Positions 8,844 through 19,440 of a stretch of DNA of 64,000 nt are shown one piece after another. The notes under the pieces were generated by a model. It was not told where the DNA came from. It did no database searches and saw nothing but the letters and a program-made list of their open reading frames with translations. Every line of letters starts with the position of its first letter. Position 1 is the first letter of the stretch. Origin of the DNA: an uncultured Bacteroidales bacterium (GTDB lineage Bacteria > Bacteroidota > Bacteroidia > Bacteroidales > P3); NCBI GenBank assembly GCA_900318275.1, contig ONJY01000009.1:7445-71444 (forward strand). Reading direction: 5' to 3'. The position numbers and the translations under genes are program-made.

Positions 8844-9758
8844 ATGCGGCCTGCGATACCATACCTTAAAGCGTGCGACCGCGTGGCTATAGCGGCACCG
8901 GCGCGCGCCGTGAGCCCCGAGGAGATGGCTCCGGCCGTCACGACGCTCGCCGCCTGGGGGCTTGAGGTTGTGGTGCCCGACGGGCTCTACGAGCGGCAGG
9001 ACCAGCTGGCAGGCAGCGACGACCACCGCGCAGCACTGCTACAAGGGCTGCTCGACGACCCGTCAATAAAGGCGATATTCTGCGCCCGCGGCGGCTACGG
9101 CACCGTGCGTATCATAGACAGACTCGACTTCAGCGGCTTCTGCAGCCATCCCAAATGGATAGTCGGCTACAGCGACGCCACAGTGCTGCACAGCCAAGTG
9201 CAGGCCACCCTCGGTCTGCCGACACTCCATGCCACCATGCCCATCAACTTCCCGGCCGACGGCAGCCCCTGCCCAGCCACCGAGAGCCTGCGCCAAGCCC
9301 TCTTCGGCGGGCCTCAAGCCATCGCCTGGGACAGCCATCCGCTCGACCGCAGAGGTGTGGCCGAAGGGATGGTCGTGGGAGGCAACCTCAGCATTTTGTA
9401 CAGCCTGCTCGGCTCACGTTCACAGATAGATACACATGGCAAGATACTGCTCATCGAAGACCTCGACGAGTACCTCTACCACATAGACCGCATGATGCAA
9501 GCCCTGCGTCGTGCCGGTATGCTCGACGACCTGGCGGGTCTCGTCGTAGGCGGCCTTACGGACATGCACGACAACACCATCCCCTGGGGCCACACGGCGG
9601 AGGAGATAGTGCTTGACGCCGTGGCCGACAAGTCCTACCCCGTGGCTTTCAACGCCCCTATGGGCCACCTCGGCACCGACAACCGCGCCCTGCCGCTGGG
9701 CACGACACTGTCGCTGATAGTGGACAGTACAAAGAGAATCAGCACAATAACGAGATAG
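8844..9758 (+). CDS. LD-carboxypeptidase (peptidase S66, LdcA/MccF-like)
   Basis: Motifs ARGGYG and GYSDATVLH (nucleophile Ser), plus the C-terminal GH...LP pattern. Confidence 0.85.
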   Translation: MRPAIPYLKACDRVAIAAPARAVSPEEMAPAVTTLAAWGLEVVVPDGLYERQDQLAGSDDHRAALLQGLLDDPSIKAIFCARGGYGTVRIIDRLDFSGFCSHPKWIVGYSDATVLHSQVQATLGLPTLHATMPINFPADGSPCPATESLRQALFGGPQAIAWDSHPLDRRGVAEGMVVGGNLSILYSLLGSRSQIDTHGKILLIEDLDEYLYHIDRMMQALRRAGMLDDLAGLVVGGLTDMHDNTIPWGHTAEEIVLDAVADKSYPVAFNAPMGHLGTDNRALPLGTTLSLIVDSTKRISTITR

Positions 9759-11072
9759 ATGCTACTGATATACACACCACGGCTGACGAACAGGACGGGA
9801 TACACACTTAACGTGCTGTTCAAGCACCTTTTGCGAGCCGAGTTCAGCATCACCACCGACACCGGCTACTTCGAGCAATACGACGGTCCGAAGTTGTGCT
9901 ACGGCCCGAAACGCGTGGGCGACGGCCTCTTCATCAAGAGCTGCGGCCTGCTGACAAGCACATCGATAGAGGACCAGGAGCCGCGTGCGACGCAGATAGA
10001 CGGCCAGTGGACGCTGTTTCCTGTGCATGGACGCGACATAGACTTCGGCTTCGACCTGCTGGCGGCGACCTTCTACATGGTGAGCCGCTACGAGGAGTAC
10101 CTGCCGCACAGCGAGGACGAACACGGACGCTTCACCGCCGACCAAAGCCTGGCGGTGAAGGCTGGATTCATAGACCAACCCGTGGTGGACCAGTGGGCCG
10201 TCATGCTTCGCGACAAGCTGACGGAACGATACCCCGACATCGGCTTGACGCCGAGGAGCTACCACATGGTGCAGACGGTGGACATCGACGCGGCATGGTG
10301 CTACCTGCACAAGGGTGTGTTCCGCACCGTGACAGGGTTGCTGCGCGACCTCTTTGCAAGGCGCGACTACACGGAGGTGAATCGACGCATAAGGGTGCTG
10401 TGCCACCGTGAAGACGACCCCTTTGACACGTTCGACTACATCATAGAGCAGCACAAAAAAGTACCGGGCTCACGACTGCAGTTCTTCGCACTGCTGGCCG
10501 ACTACGGCCAATACGACAAGCCGTCGAACCACCTCAACCCCTACACGAGGGACCTGCTGCAACACCTCGACGACTACGCCCACATGGGCATCCACCCCGG
10601 CTACTACTCGCTGGAAGAGCCCAGGAGGATAGACATCGAAAGCAAGCGCCTGGAGGATATACTGCACCGCCCGATATTCAGGTCACGCTACCACTTCCTG
10701 CGGCTGAAGCTGCCGGCAAGTTACCGCATGCTGCTGCACGCAGGCATAAAGGACGACTACACAATGGGATACTCGGAGACTATCGGTTTCCGCGCAGGCA
10801 TCAGTGTGCCATACCCCTTCTACGACCTCGACCGTGACATGGAAACCGTGCTTACAATACACCCCTTCTGTGTGATGGACACCACACTGCAGAAGTACAT
10901 GCGGCAGACACCTGAGGAAGCCGTGGCCACCTACGGCAGGCTTGTGGAGACGGTACGCAAGGTGGGAGGCGATTTCTGCTGCATACTGCACAACCAGAAC
11001 CTCAGCGAGTTCTTCGGATGGCAGGGGTGGCGCAAGGTATACGAAAAAATGCTCGACATAGCCAAACCATAG
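9759..11072 (+). CDS. polysaccharide-deacetylase-like protein (family assignment tentative)
   Basis: Uninterrupted 437-aa ORF contiguous with its neighbours. N-terminus MLLIYTPRLTNRTGYTLNVLF resembles a Bacteroidales family I recall annotated as polysaccharide deacetylase. Confidence 0.45.
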   Translation: MLLIYTPRLTNRTGYTLNVLFKHLLRAEFSITTDTGYFEQYDGPKLCYGPKRVGDGLFIKSCGLLTSTSIEDQEPRATQIDGQWTLFPVHGRDIDFGFDLLAATFYMVSRYEEYLPHSEDEHGRFTADQSLAVKAGFIDQPVVDQWAVMLRDKLTERYPDIGLTPRSYHMVQTVDIDAAWCYLHKGVFRTVTGLLRDLFARRDYTEVNRRIRVLCHREDDPFDTFDYIIEQHKKVPGSRLQFFALLADYGQYDKPSNHLNPYTRDLLQHLDDYAHMGIHPGYYSLEEPRRIDIESKRLEDILHRPIFRSRYHFLRLKLPASYRMLLHAGIKDDYTMGYSETIGFRAGISVPYPFYDLDRDMETVLTIHPFCVMDTTLQKYMRQTPEEAVATYGRLVETVRKVGGDFCCILHNQNLSEFFGWQGWRKVYEKMLDIAKP

Positions 11073-11080
11073 ACAGAACA

Positions 11081-11602
11081 ATGATAAACTACAAGGAAAA
11101 ACTAAGCAAGATTCGCGCCTTCGTCTTTGACTTCGACGGGGTGATGACCAACGGTGACGTATGGGTCTACGCTAACCGCGAGACTGTGCGCTGCGGCAAC
11201 ATCAAGGACGGCTATGCTGTGCAATATGCCGTGAAGAAAGGCTACACCGTGGCCGTCATCAGCGGGGCCACATCGGCAAGCATCGACAACAGGATGGCGA
11301 TGCTGGGAGTGACACAATGCTACACGGGCTGTGGCGACAAGATACACACGTACAACAAGTTCCTGGCCGACAACGGACTGAAGGACGAGGAGGTGCTGTG
11401 CATGGGCGACGACCTGCCAGACTACCCCATGCTGAAGCGCGCCGGCGTCAGCGCATGTCCCGCAGACGCTGCAGTGGAAATCAAGGACATGTGCGACTAC
11501 GTGTCACACTGCGACGGCGGCAAAGGCTGCGTGCGCGACGTTATAGAACAGGTGCTACGGCTCAATGGACAATGGTTCCACGAAGACGCAGTTGTATGGT
11601 AA
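11081..11602 (+). CDS. kdsC: KDO 8-phosphate phosphatase (HAD superfamily, KdsC-type)
   Basis: The ATG at 11081 lies inside ORF 11018..11602. Motifs FVFDFDGVMTNG and MGDDLPD. About 173 aa, the typical KdsC size. Confidence 0.75.
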   Translation: MINYKEKLSKIRAFVFDFDGVMTNGDVWVYANRETVRCGNIKDGYAVQYAVKKGYTVAVISGATSASIDNRMAMLGVTQCYTGCGDKIHTYNKFLADNGLKDEEVLCMGDDLPDYPMLKRAGVSACPADAAVEIKDMCDYVSHCDGGKGCVRDVIEQVLRLNGQWFHEDAVVW

Positions 11603-12336
11603 AGAAAATCGTAGCAATCATCATGTTGGCACTCTGCCCGTTATGGGCGGCGGCGCAGAATTATGCCGTGACCGATACAGTGACGGAATATCCAAACAAA
11701 GGAACATTCTACCACGACAGATTCGAAGGACGAAAGACCGCCAACGGCGAGATATTCGACCAGAACAAGTTCACCGCGGCACATTGGAAAATAAAACTCG
11801 GCACCATGGTGATGGTGACCAACCGCAACACCGGACTCCAGGTGATTGTCAGAGTCAACGACCGCTGCCCGAAGCGCGGAGTGTTCGATTTGAGCCACCG
11901 TGCCGCGACAGCGATAGGTATCAAGGGCTGCCAGCCAGTGACAGTACGCATATTGCCAGACGGTTACGAAGAACGCTGGGCAAAACAGGAGACGATGTTC
12001 GATTCAGTATACTCAAAGCTGACGAACAAGAAACAATCGGAACCACCAACCCCGAAAGCGAAACCCACAAAGGCACCGAAGACAATCGAAAAGCACAAAG
12101 CAGCCGCCGACCGATACAACCTAATACTATCTGAGAGCGTGACACATACACAGGCATTTGAACAGATCGACCTGCTACCGGAACTATACCGCGACGATGT
12201 GATAATAGAACCCGCGGAGGACAGCGGGAAAGTCAGGATGATACTTAACGTGAGGCTCCCTGTCGACAACGCAAACGACCTCGGCAAGGCCTTGCGGCAC
12301 TCCTTCAAAGACATTGCCGTGACACCATGTGAATAA
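11596..12336 (+). CDS. RlpA-family septal-ring lytic transglycosylase-like lipoprotein (DPBB domain plus SPOR-like C-terminus)
   Basis: ATG at 11596 (MVKKIVAIIMLALCPLWAAAQ). DPBB motifs YHDRFEGRKTANGEIFD and VRVNDRCP. Confidence 0.8.
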   Translation: MVKKIVAIIMLALCPLWAAAQNYAVTDTVTEYPNKGTFYHDRFEGRKTANGEIFDQNKFTAAHWKIKLGTMVMVTNRNTGLQVIVRVNDRCPKRGVFDLSHRAATAIGIKGCQPVTVRILPDGYEERWAKQETMFDSVYSKLTNKKQSEPPTPKAKPTKAPKTIEKHKAAADRYNLILSESVTHTQAFEQIDLLPELYRDDVIIEPAEDSGKVRMILNVRLPVDNANDLGKALRHSFKDIAVTPCE

Positions 12337-12496
12337 AAAAAACAAACTTTTTTTCGCCATATAAATAAATATTATTATCTTTGCACATTCAAACTTGACA
12401 CGCACAAAAGGCGTGCAACTATTGAAAAACTACGCGTAGTGAACTAAAAAACAAGCCATTGTGGCAATAAACAGAAGACAAAAAACCACATCGCAG

Positions 12497-13504
12497 ATGC
12501 CAAAAACCATCGCTTTTTTGGTGGCTTTGGTGTTGTTTTTGTCGTCTGCAACGGCACAAAACGAGGGTCAGTACACACATTTTATGTTCAACCGCCTGAG
12601 CTATAACCCAGCCTACGCAGGAAGCTCCGGCAATATTTCGGCCACCGCATTGTACCGCAGCCAGTGGATGGGGCTCCAGCTGCAGGCACCTACACCCACG
12701 GGCGAAGCAGGTTCGAAGCCCACGAACCTGCTGTTCAGTTTCGACCTGCCCGTGAGATGGCTACATGGTGGCATCGGTGGCACCTTCACCTCCGAGAAAG
12801 TCGGCTACCACGACAACTCGACCTTCGCCATAGACTATGCCTTCCGCATCTTCTGGGGACCCGGCACGCTGGCAGCAGGTATCGAGGCTGACCTCCAGAA
12901 CTACAAGTTCAAGACCTCAAGCCTGTTCGGCATGAACGACATGAGCGGAGACCCGACCAACCCCACCAGTTCGGCCAACGACCCACTGGTGAGCCAACAG
13001 GATGTGTCAGACTTTCTGATCGATGTGTCTACCGGCCTGTACTATCAGGTGCCCGGCGTCTTTTATGTCAGCCTTGCAGCCAAGAACCTACTGGGATCGA
13101 AGAGCGAGAACCTGAACATCAAGAACACACGCACCTTCTACCTGATGGGTGGCTATGAATACACATTCCCATATAACCCGTCACTGAAACTGAAACCCTC
13201 GGCGTTGTTGAAGACGGCCAACTTCTCTATTTTCCAGGCCGACTTTGCATGCCTGCTCGATTATGAGAACATCTTCTGGGGCGGCCTCGGCTACCGCCTC
13301 GGCGATGCAGTGACATTCCTCGCCGGCGTAAACTTCCTGAAGATAATGCAGGTAGGTGTAGCCTACGACCTCACGACCTCTAAGCTCGGCTTTGCCAATG
13401 GACGCAGTCTCGGCTCCATAGAGATATACCTCAATGCAGCGTTCCAGTTCAGCAACCCGAAACGCCCGCCAACGGTATCGGGAAATACGCTATACTTACG
13501 TTAA
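12497..13504 (+). CDS. porP: PorP/SprF-family T9SS outer-membrane protein
   Basis: QYTHFMFNRLSYNPAYAGS signature. Located directly upstream of porK-L-M-N. The ATG at 12497 is preferred over the GTG at 12461. Confidence 0.85.
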   Translation: MPKTIAFLVALVLFLSSATAQNEGQYTHFMFNRLSYNPAYAGSSGNISATALYRSQWMGLQLQAPTPTGEAGSKPTNLLFSFDLPVRWLHGGIGGTFTSEKVGYHDNSTFAIDYAFRIFWGPGTLAAGIEADLQNYKFKTSSLFGMNDMSGDPTNPTSSANDPLVSQQDVSDFLIDVSTGLYYQVPGVFYVSLAAKNLLGSKSENLNIKNTRTFYLMGGYEYTFPYNPSLKLKPSALLKTANFSIFQADFACLLDYENIFWGGLGYRLGDAVTFLAGVNFLKIMQVGVAYDLTTSKLGFANGRSLGSIEIYLNAAFQFSNPKRPPTVSGNTLYLR

Positions 13505-13569
13505 ATATAATTAATAGCGAAACATTTTTAAGGAAATCACGTTATAGAACAAAATAAAAAAACGACAAT

Positions 13570-14940
13570 ATGAAGAAGCTTTTTATCCTGCTCGCCGCCT
13601 CCACCGCCATCATCATGGCCGGTTGCGGCTCGTCAAACAAAGGTGAACTGGTCGGTGTCAACGACCGTCCATACTTTGAGGACATTGACCTGAAAGGCAT
13701 GGTCTTCATCAACCAAGGCAACTACACAATGGGTGCTGGTGTGCAGAACGTCACCTACGGCGACGCTACGACGACACAACCCCGTAAGATGCAGATTGGT
13801 TCGTTCTTCATGGACGAAACAGAGATCACCAACAACGAATACCGCCAGTTTGTGGCTGCTGTCCGCGACTCTGTGGCACGCCGCATGCTCGGTGAGGCCG
13901 GCATAGAGGGATTTCTGGTTGAAGAGGATGCCTATGGCGAACCCATAGATCCTCCCATCTTGAACAAGAAGGCCAAAATAGACTTCAAAGACGCCGATGT
14001 CCGCCAGGCTTTGATTGACGGTGGCTACTATATTATCGACATTAACCATCGCCGCGTCATGGATGTATCCAAACTTAACTATGAATACTATTATATAGAT
14101 TACGACAACATCTCCAAGAAGGAGAACGGCGTTACTACCAAAAACGAGCATCGCGGCACATCGTTTGCTGTGCGCCCCAAAGGCCTCAACAGTCGCTCGA
14201 ACCAGATACAGCGCGAGTACATAAACATCTATCCCGATACTCTTTGCTGGGTGCATGACTATGCTTACAGCATGAACGAAGACTTCACCCGCAGTTATTT
14301 CTCGTCGCCTGCCTATGACAACTATCCTGTGGTAGGCGTGAGCTGGCGTCAGGCAAAAGCCTTCTGCGTGTGGCGCAGCAACATGCTGAACCAGTATCTG
14401 GAGAGCATTGACTACTCACAGCTCAACGACTTCCGTCTGCCCACCGAGAGCGAATGGGAGTTTGCCGCCCGTGGTGGCATCGCCAGCCAGAGTTATCCCT
14501 GGGGTGGTCCTTATGTGCGTAACCCGAATGGATGCTTCCTCGCCAACTATGAGCCTCTGAAAGGCGCTTATGACGACGACGGTGGCGTGAAGACTCTTAT
14601 GGTCGGCCACTATGCTCCTAACGACTACGGCCTGTACGATATGGCTGGAAACGTGAGCGAATGGTGCCTTGATGCATTCAATGAGTCAACCTATCAGGTC
14701 GCTAACGCCCAGACCCCCTACTACAACTACAACGCCAAAGACGACGACCCGCTGGCAATGAAACGTAAAGTGGTTCGCGGTGGCAGCTGGAAAGACCAGA
14801 AATACTTCATTCAGGTCCAGACCCGCACCTATGAGTTCATGGACACCGCCAAGTGCTACATCGGTTTCCGCTGCGTGCAGCCTTACCTGGGTCGTGTGAA
14901 GGGTGACAACCTGCGTACTGCTAGCAACGTGGCAAGATAA
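13570..14940 (+). CDS. porK: T9SS ring lipoprotein PorK/GldK (FGE-sulfatase/SUMF1-like fold)
   Basis: Lipobox IMAGC. Motifs YPVVGVSWRQAKAFCVWRS and VVRGGSW. Gene order also fits. Confidence 0.92.
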   Translation: MKKLFILLAASTAIIMAGCGSSNKGELVGVNDRPYFEDIDLKGMVFINQGNYTMGAGVQNVTYGDATTTQPRKMQIGSFFMDETEITNNEYRQFVAAVRDSVARRMLGEAGIEGFLVEEDAYGEPIDPPILNKKAKIDFKDADVRQALIDGGYYIIDINHRRVMDVSKLNYEYYYIDYDNISKKENGVTTKNEHRGTSFAVRPKGLNSRSNQIQREYINIYPDTLCWVHDYAYSMNEDFTRSYFSSPAYDNYPVVGVSWRQAKAFCVWRSNMLNQYLESIDYSQLNDFRLPTESEWEFAARGGIASQSYPWGGPYVRNPNGCFLANYEPLKGAYDDDGGVKTLMVGHYAPNDYGLYDMAGNVSEWCLDAFNESTYQVANAQTPYYNYNAKDDDPLAMKRKVVRGGSWKDQKYFIQVQTRTYEFMDTAKCYIGFRCVQPYLGRVKGDNLRTASNVAR

Positions 14941-15008
14941 CAATTCGCTTCTACAATAATAATAGGAACACATTATATATAATAAGCAAACACAAAAAAA
15001 TAACCATT

Positions 15009-15869
15009 ATGAGCTTCATAGACAATCTCGTTCGCAGTAAAGCGTATAAGAACTTCATGGCCAAGCTGTATGGCTGGGGCGCAGCAGTCGTTATCGTCGG
15101 TGCTTTGTTCAAGATTATGCACTGGCCCGGCGCAAATATCATGCTTATTGCCGGTATGGGTACTGAGACCATCATCTTCTTCCTGTCGGCCTTCGAACCG
15201 CCTCACAAAGAGTGGGACTGGAGCCTTGTTTATCCCGAACTCGCTGGCATGGCTGAAGAGGCAATGCTGGAGCCTGAGCTCGACGAGAACGGCAACCCGA
15301 TAGAAGTCCTGCCCGAGAGCAAAGACCCGCTGTCGGCAAAACTTGACAAGATGCTTGCTGACGCAAACATCAGTCCCGAACTCATGGATCGACTTGGTCA
15401 AGGCATGCAGAACCTGGCAGAGAGCGCCAACTCAATGAACAACATGGCCAATGTGACAGCTGCCACCGACAAGTTTGTCAACAATATGGACGGCGTTGCC
15501 GGTCAGGCAGGCAAGTTGCTTGAAAGCATGCAGGGCGCCCCTGAGGCTATTTCCACACTCTCCGCCATATACCGCGAAACTGCCGAATCGCTCGGCGGTG
15601 AAGTAAGCTACGTGGAAGAGATGAAGAAAATGTCGGCTAGTTTGAGCAGTATCAACGCCATGTACGAGATGCAGATCAACAACGCTTCGGCTCAGATGAA
15701 CCTTAACAAAGAGTTCGAAGAGAAGATGGCTACGATGCTTTCCAACTTCAGCGACAGTGCCGAAGGTATCACCAAATACAAAGAACAGGTTGACGCCCTC
15801 ACTCGCAAGGTTGCGGAACTCAACAATGTATATGGCAATATGCTTGCCGCTATGCAAACCCGCTTGTAA
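15009..15869 (+). CDS. porL: T9SS motor protein PorL/GldL
   Basis: Two N-terminal TM helices (GWGAAVVIVGALFKIMHWPGANIMLIAGMGTETIIFFLSAFEPP) characteristic of GldL. Confidence 0.9.
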   Translation: MSFIDNLVRSKAYKNFMAKLYGWGAAVVIVGALFKIMHWPGANIMLIAGMGTETIIFFLSAFEPPHKEWDWSLVYPELAGMAEEAMLEPELDENGNPIEVLPESKDPLSAKLDKMLADANISPELMDRLGQGMQNLAESANSMNNMANVTAATDKFVNNMDGVAGQAGKLLESMQGAPEAISTLSAIYRETAESLGGEVSYVEEMKKMSASLSSINAMYEMQINNASAQMNLNKEFEEKMATMLSNFSDSAEGITKYKEQVDALTRKVAELNNVYGNMLAAMQTRL

Positions 15870-15922
15870 TCGACCATACGTCTAACCGAACCTCTTATAA
15901 TAACTAAAGAAAGGAATAGACA

Positions 15923-17596
15923 ATGGGTGCAACAAACTGTCCGGAAACCCCGAGACAAAAGATGATTACAATGATGTACCTCGTGTACACCGCCATGTTG
16001 GCCTTGAACGTGTCGGCAGAGGTTGTGGAAGGTTTCAGGTCTGTAGGTTCCGCAATGACCAACTCAAACATAAACCTTCAGACCAAGCTGGACGACACCT
16101 ATGCCAACTTTGACATAGCGTTAGAGAACAGCCGCGACAAAGTGCAGGAGAGTTACGACAAGGCCCAGAAAGTGCGCGGTTTATCCAACGAGCTGAAGGA
16201 ATATATAGACAGTCTTGAATACGAGTTTATTGGTATGGTGTGTCCCGATGTAGCAAAGATTCACACTGATCCTGACAACCCCAAAATTACGATAGACGTC
16301 AACCTAAAGAATGCCGATGGCACCACAAACCTTGACAGTGTGAGAAGAGCCCTTCAGCTGGGCGGTTTTGCGTGGATGGAGAAAGGCCTGGACGACACTC
16401 ATGGTGCTCCTAACTTCTTCCTTGACGGCTCCACGGAGAATGGTACTGGTCAGGCCTATGACCTTCACAAAAAGATATCTGAATATGTGGCAACAGTGAA
16501 GGACATTCTTGGCGATGACTCGGTCAACGTGAAGTTCCCGTTCGATGTCGACAAGACTTTCCTTGACAAAGAGAACAAGACCGTCAACTGGGAGACGAAG
16601 AATTTCAGTGAAGTTGTCGCCGGTGCCGGTCTTGTGACCTTGACCCGTATGAAAGCCGAGACGATGAACGCCGAATTTGACGCTGTCAACATGCTGTACA
16701 AGCAGGTCAGCAAAGGCGACTTCTCCTTCGACCAGATTGCCCTTATTTCGAGGCCTAAATCCACATACATTATCCGTGGCGGTGTCTATGAAACAGACAT
16801 TAACGTGGCTGCCTATGACTCTCGCCAGAAATTCAATGCAACAGTCAACGGACAACAGTTAGTCAGTAACGACAGCGGTTCTGTACACTACCGTACAGTA
16901 TGTAACAGCGTGGGTCAGCAAAAAGTGAATGTCACCGCATACGTCACAAGTCCGGACGGCGGTACAAAGGAATATACATACACCGACAATTACTTTGTTG
17001 CAGAGCCCGTGGGTGTCATTTCGCTCGACAACATGCAGGTGATGTACTCCGGCATTGAGAACCCCCTGACAGCATCGGTGCCCGGTGTAGACGGTCGCAA
17101 CGTAGAAGTGTCCATTATAGAAGGACAGGGCAAACTGAACAAAGTTGAGGGCAACGGCAAGTATATGATTACACCTGCCAACGGCTGCAAGAAGATAGTT
17201 CTCGCTGTCGATGCCGCCATTGAGAAAGGCAAGAAGACACGCATGAACACCCTTACCTTCAAGGTGAAACCAATTCCCGCACCTGAAATTACCGTTGCCG
17301 GATTCAAAAATGGCGCCAAAGTGTCTCGCAAGAGCCTGACTTCAGGTGTCACTGTTACCGCACGAGCCCAGGAGGGTTTCGAATTCAAGATTCCCAAAGG
17401 ATCTATCCGCGTGATGAGCTTGGAGGTGTTCGTCGGCAACAAGCCGTTTAACTTCAACGGAAGCACATTTGAGCCCGACGGTCTGTCAGCCATCAGAAAT
17501 GCCAACCGCGGTGACAATATTTACATTACCGCCAAGGTAATGATGCCCGATGGCGTTCCTCAGAATGCCAACTGCGTACTCACGATTACAAAATAA
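15923..17596 (+). CDS. porM: T9SS motor/shaft protein PorM/GldM
   Basis: N-terminal anchor KMITMMYLVYTAMLALNVS, typical of GldM. 557 aa. Gene order also fits. Confidence 0.9.
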   Translation: MGATNCPETPRQKMITMMYLVYTAMLALNVSAEVVEGFRSVGSAMTNSNINLQTKLDDTYANFDIALENSRDKVQESYDKAQKVRGLSNELKEYIDSLEYEFIGMVCPDVAKIHTDPDNPKITIDVNLKNADGTTNLDSVRRALQLGGFAWMEKGLDDTHGAPNFFLDGSTENGTGQAYDLHKKISEYVATVKDILGDDSVNVKFPFDVDKTFLDKENKTVNWETKNFSEVVAGAGLVTLTRMKAETMNAEFDAVNMLYKQVSKGDFSFDQIALISRPKSTYIIRGGVYETDINVAAYDSRQKFNATVNGQQLVSNDSGSVHYRTVCNSVGQQKVNVTAYVTSPDGGTKEYTYTDNYFVAEPVGVISLDNMQVMYSGIENPLTASVPGVDGRNVEVSIIEGQGKLNKVEGNGKYMITPANGCKKIVLAVDAAIEKGKKTRMNTLTFKVKPIPAPEITVAGFKNGAKVSRKSLTSGVTVTARAQEGFEFKIPKGSIRVMSLEVFVGNKPFNFNGSTFEPDGLSAIRNANRGDNIYITAKVMMPDGVPQNANCVLTITK

Positions 17597-17611
17597 CAAA
17601 TAGATATTGCT

Positions 17612-18490
17612 ATGAAAAAGGTTTTGTTTAGCATCTTCGCCATTGCCGCCTTTGCTTTTGCCGGCAATGCACAAAGCGTTATCGACGCTGAAGAAGGTCA
17701 CAACCCCAATGACTTCTACCAGCAAGGTATTGTCGTTGGAAAGAAAGCCATGCCATACCCATTCCTCAGAGAGAGCGACGTGGTATGGAAGACTACCATC
17801 TGGCGCCAGATAGACTTCAACGAGAGCTTCAACCAGTTCTTCTATTTCCCTTTTGAGCAGGAGAAGAACACCCAGGGCAGAATAAACCTTGTCAACCTCA
17901 TTGTCAACGCTGCCTCGAACGGTGAATTCGATGTGTACGAGAATGACGACATGAAAGTGCCGCAAGAATGGGCGAAAGCCTACGCCTTCCTTCAGGGCAA
18001 GCAGCTCCGTACAAGACAAGGCGAGGAAGACGAGTTTGGTGACATCGAGGAATTCATAGACACAATTCCCGAAGACTTTGACCCTGCCACTGCCAAGATG
18101 GTTCAGCTCAAAGAGTACTGGTATATCGACAAACAGGACACACGTCAGAAAGTACGCATTGTCGCAATGTCGTTCAAGTTCTCGAAGAACGTGCTCCGTG
18201 CCGGACAATCGGAAGAAGTCTCTGACTGGACATTCTGGGTGCCTATGGATGACATGCGTGTACGTCAGGTTCTCGTTAATGCCAATGCATTTGACGAGAA
18301 CAACGATGTCGCCGAACGCTCTTACGATGATGTCTTCATCCAGCGATACTTCGACAGTTACGTTACTCGCGAGTCAAACAAGTTCAACCGCAAAATCGTC
18401 GACTACCTCACAGGCGAAGATGCCATGCTTGAATCGCAGCTGATTGAGGAACGTATCTATGATATTGAAAACGACATGTGGGAATACTAA
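17612..18490 (+). CDS. porN: T9SS ring protein PorN/GldN (copy 1)
   Basis: Signal peptide, PYPFLRESDVVW motif, C-terminus DMWEY. Last gene of the porKLMN order. Confidence 0.9.
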   Translation: MKKVLFSIFAIAAFAFAGNAQSVIDAEEGHNPNDFYQQGIVVGKKAMPYPFLRESDVVWKTTIWRQIDFNESFNQFFYFPFEQEKNTQGRINLVNLIVNAASNGEFDVYENDDMKVPQEWAKAYAFLQGKQLRTRQGEEDEFGDIEEFIDTIPEDFDPATAKMVQLKEYWYIDKQDTRQKVRIVAMSFKFSKNVLRAGQSEEVSDWTFWVPMDDMRVRQVLVNANAFDENNDVAERSYDDVFIQRYFDSYVTRESNKFNRKIVDYLTGEDAMLESQLIEERIYDIENDMWEY

Positions 18491-18522
18491 AACATTTGTG
18501 ACAGACAATTAAGGCATAACTG

Positions 18523-18560
18523 AAAGAGAGTTAAGAGCAAAAAGTCTCTTAACTCTCTTT
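18523..18560 (+). other. perfect 15-bp stem-loop between the two porN paralogues
   Basis: AAAGAGAGTTAAGAG (18523-18537) pairs with CTCTTAACTCTCTTT (18546-18560) around an 8-nt loop. No clean T-run follows, so this could be a terminator, attenuator or processing site. Confidence 0.7.
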
Positions 18561-18573
18561 CTTAACAAAGGGA

Positions 18574-19440
18574 ATGAGGAAAGCGGCATTAATAATGTTA
18601 TTTCTGACACCGCTGTGCTCAATTGCGCAAGAGGTGACAAGGACGCCAAATGAGATATATACAGAGTCATTGGTGGCTGGACAGACTTATACGCCCTACC
18701 CTTTCCTGAGAGAGAGCGATGTCGTGTGGTCAACCATGATATGGAAGACCATAGATTTAAACGAAGACTTCAACCAGTATATCTACTTCCCGATAGAAGA
18801 GAACGACCGGAGCGGTAAAATAAGCCTCGCCTATGTCCTATGGAATGCTGTTGCGTCCAACGAAATACCAATCTTCGAGGATGACGAACTAAAGATACCA
18901 GTTGACAACTTAGCATTTGTTGAGAAATACACAAAAGCCGACACTATAATGCTCGAAATCGGCTACGACGATGATGACAACGAACTATACCAAACAATAA
19001 TACAACCCAATGACTTTGATGGCGCAGAAATATTCAGATACGCCATCCGAGAAGTCTGGTTTATCGGCAAACAAGACACCCGGCAGGATTCGCGACGAAT
19101 GGCTCTGGCGCCGCTAAAAGAGATGAAGGTCAAATTCGGCGATACCGAAGAATTAATCAACCTTGGAATCCAGCCGATATTCTGGATACCAATGCAGAAT
19201 CCTGCTGTTCGCACAGTTTTAGCAAAAAACAATTCAAATTTTGATGAACTGAATGCCGTTGGACAACCATCATGGGACAACATTTTTGTTACGCAATTGT
19301 ATAGCGCCTATATAACAAAAGAAAGCAATAAATATAACCGAACCATAAGCAAATACCTGACAGGAGAAGACGCTTTGCATGAAGCAGAAGCGATTGAAGA
19401 ACGAATTTTCGACATAGGTAGTGATATGTGGGAGTACTAA
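18574..19440 (+). CDS. PorN/GldN paralogue (copy 2)
   Basis: Shares PYPFLRESDVVW, GKQDTRQ, YLTGEDA and the terminal DMWEY with copy 1. Clearly AT-richer codons. Confidence 0.85.
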   Translation: MRKAALIMLFLTPLCSIAQEVTRTPNEIYTESLVAGQTYTPYPFLRESDVVWSTMIWKTIDLNEDFNQYIYFPIEENDRSGKISLAYVLWNAVASNEIPIFEDDELKIPVDNLAFVEKYTKADTIMLEIGYDDDDNELYQTIIQPNDFDGAEIFRYAIREVWFIGKQDTRQDSRRMALAPLKEMKVKFGDTEELINLGIQPIFWIPMQNPAVRTVLAKNNSNFDELNAVGQPSWDNIFVTQLYSAYITKESNKYNRTISKYLTGEDALHEAEAIEERIFDIGSDMWEY

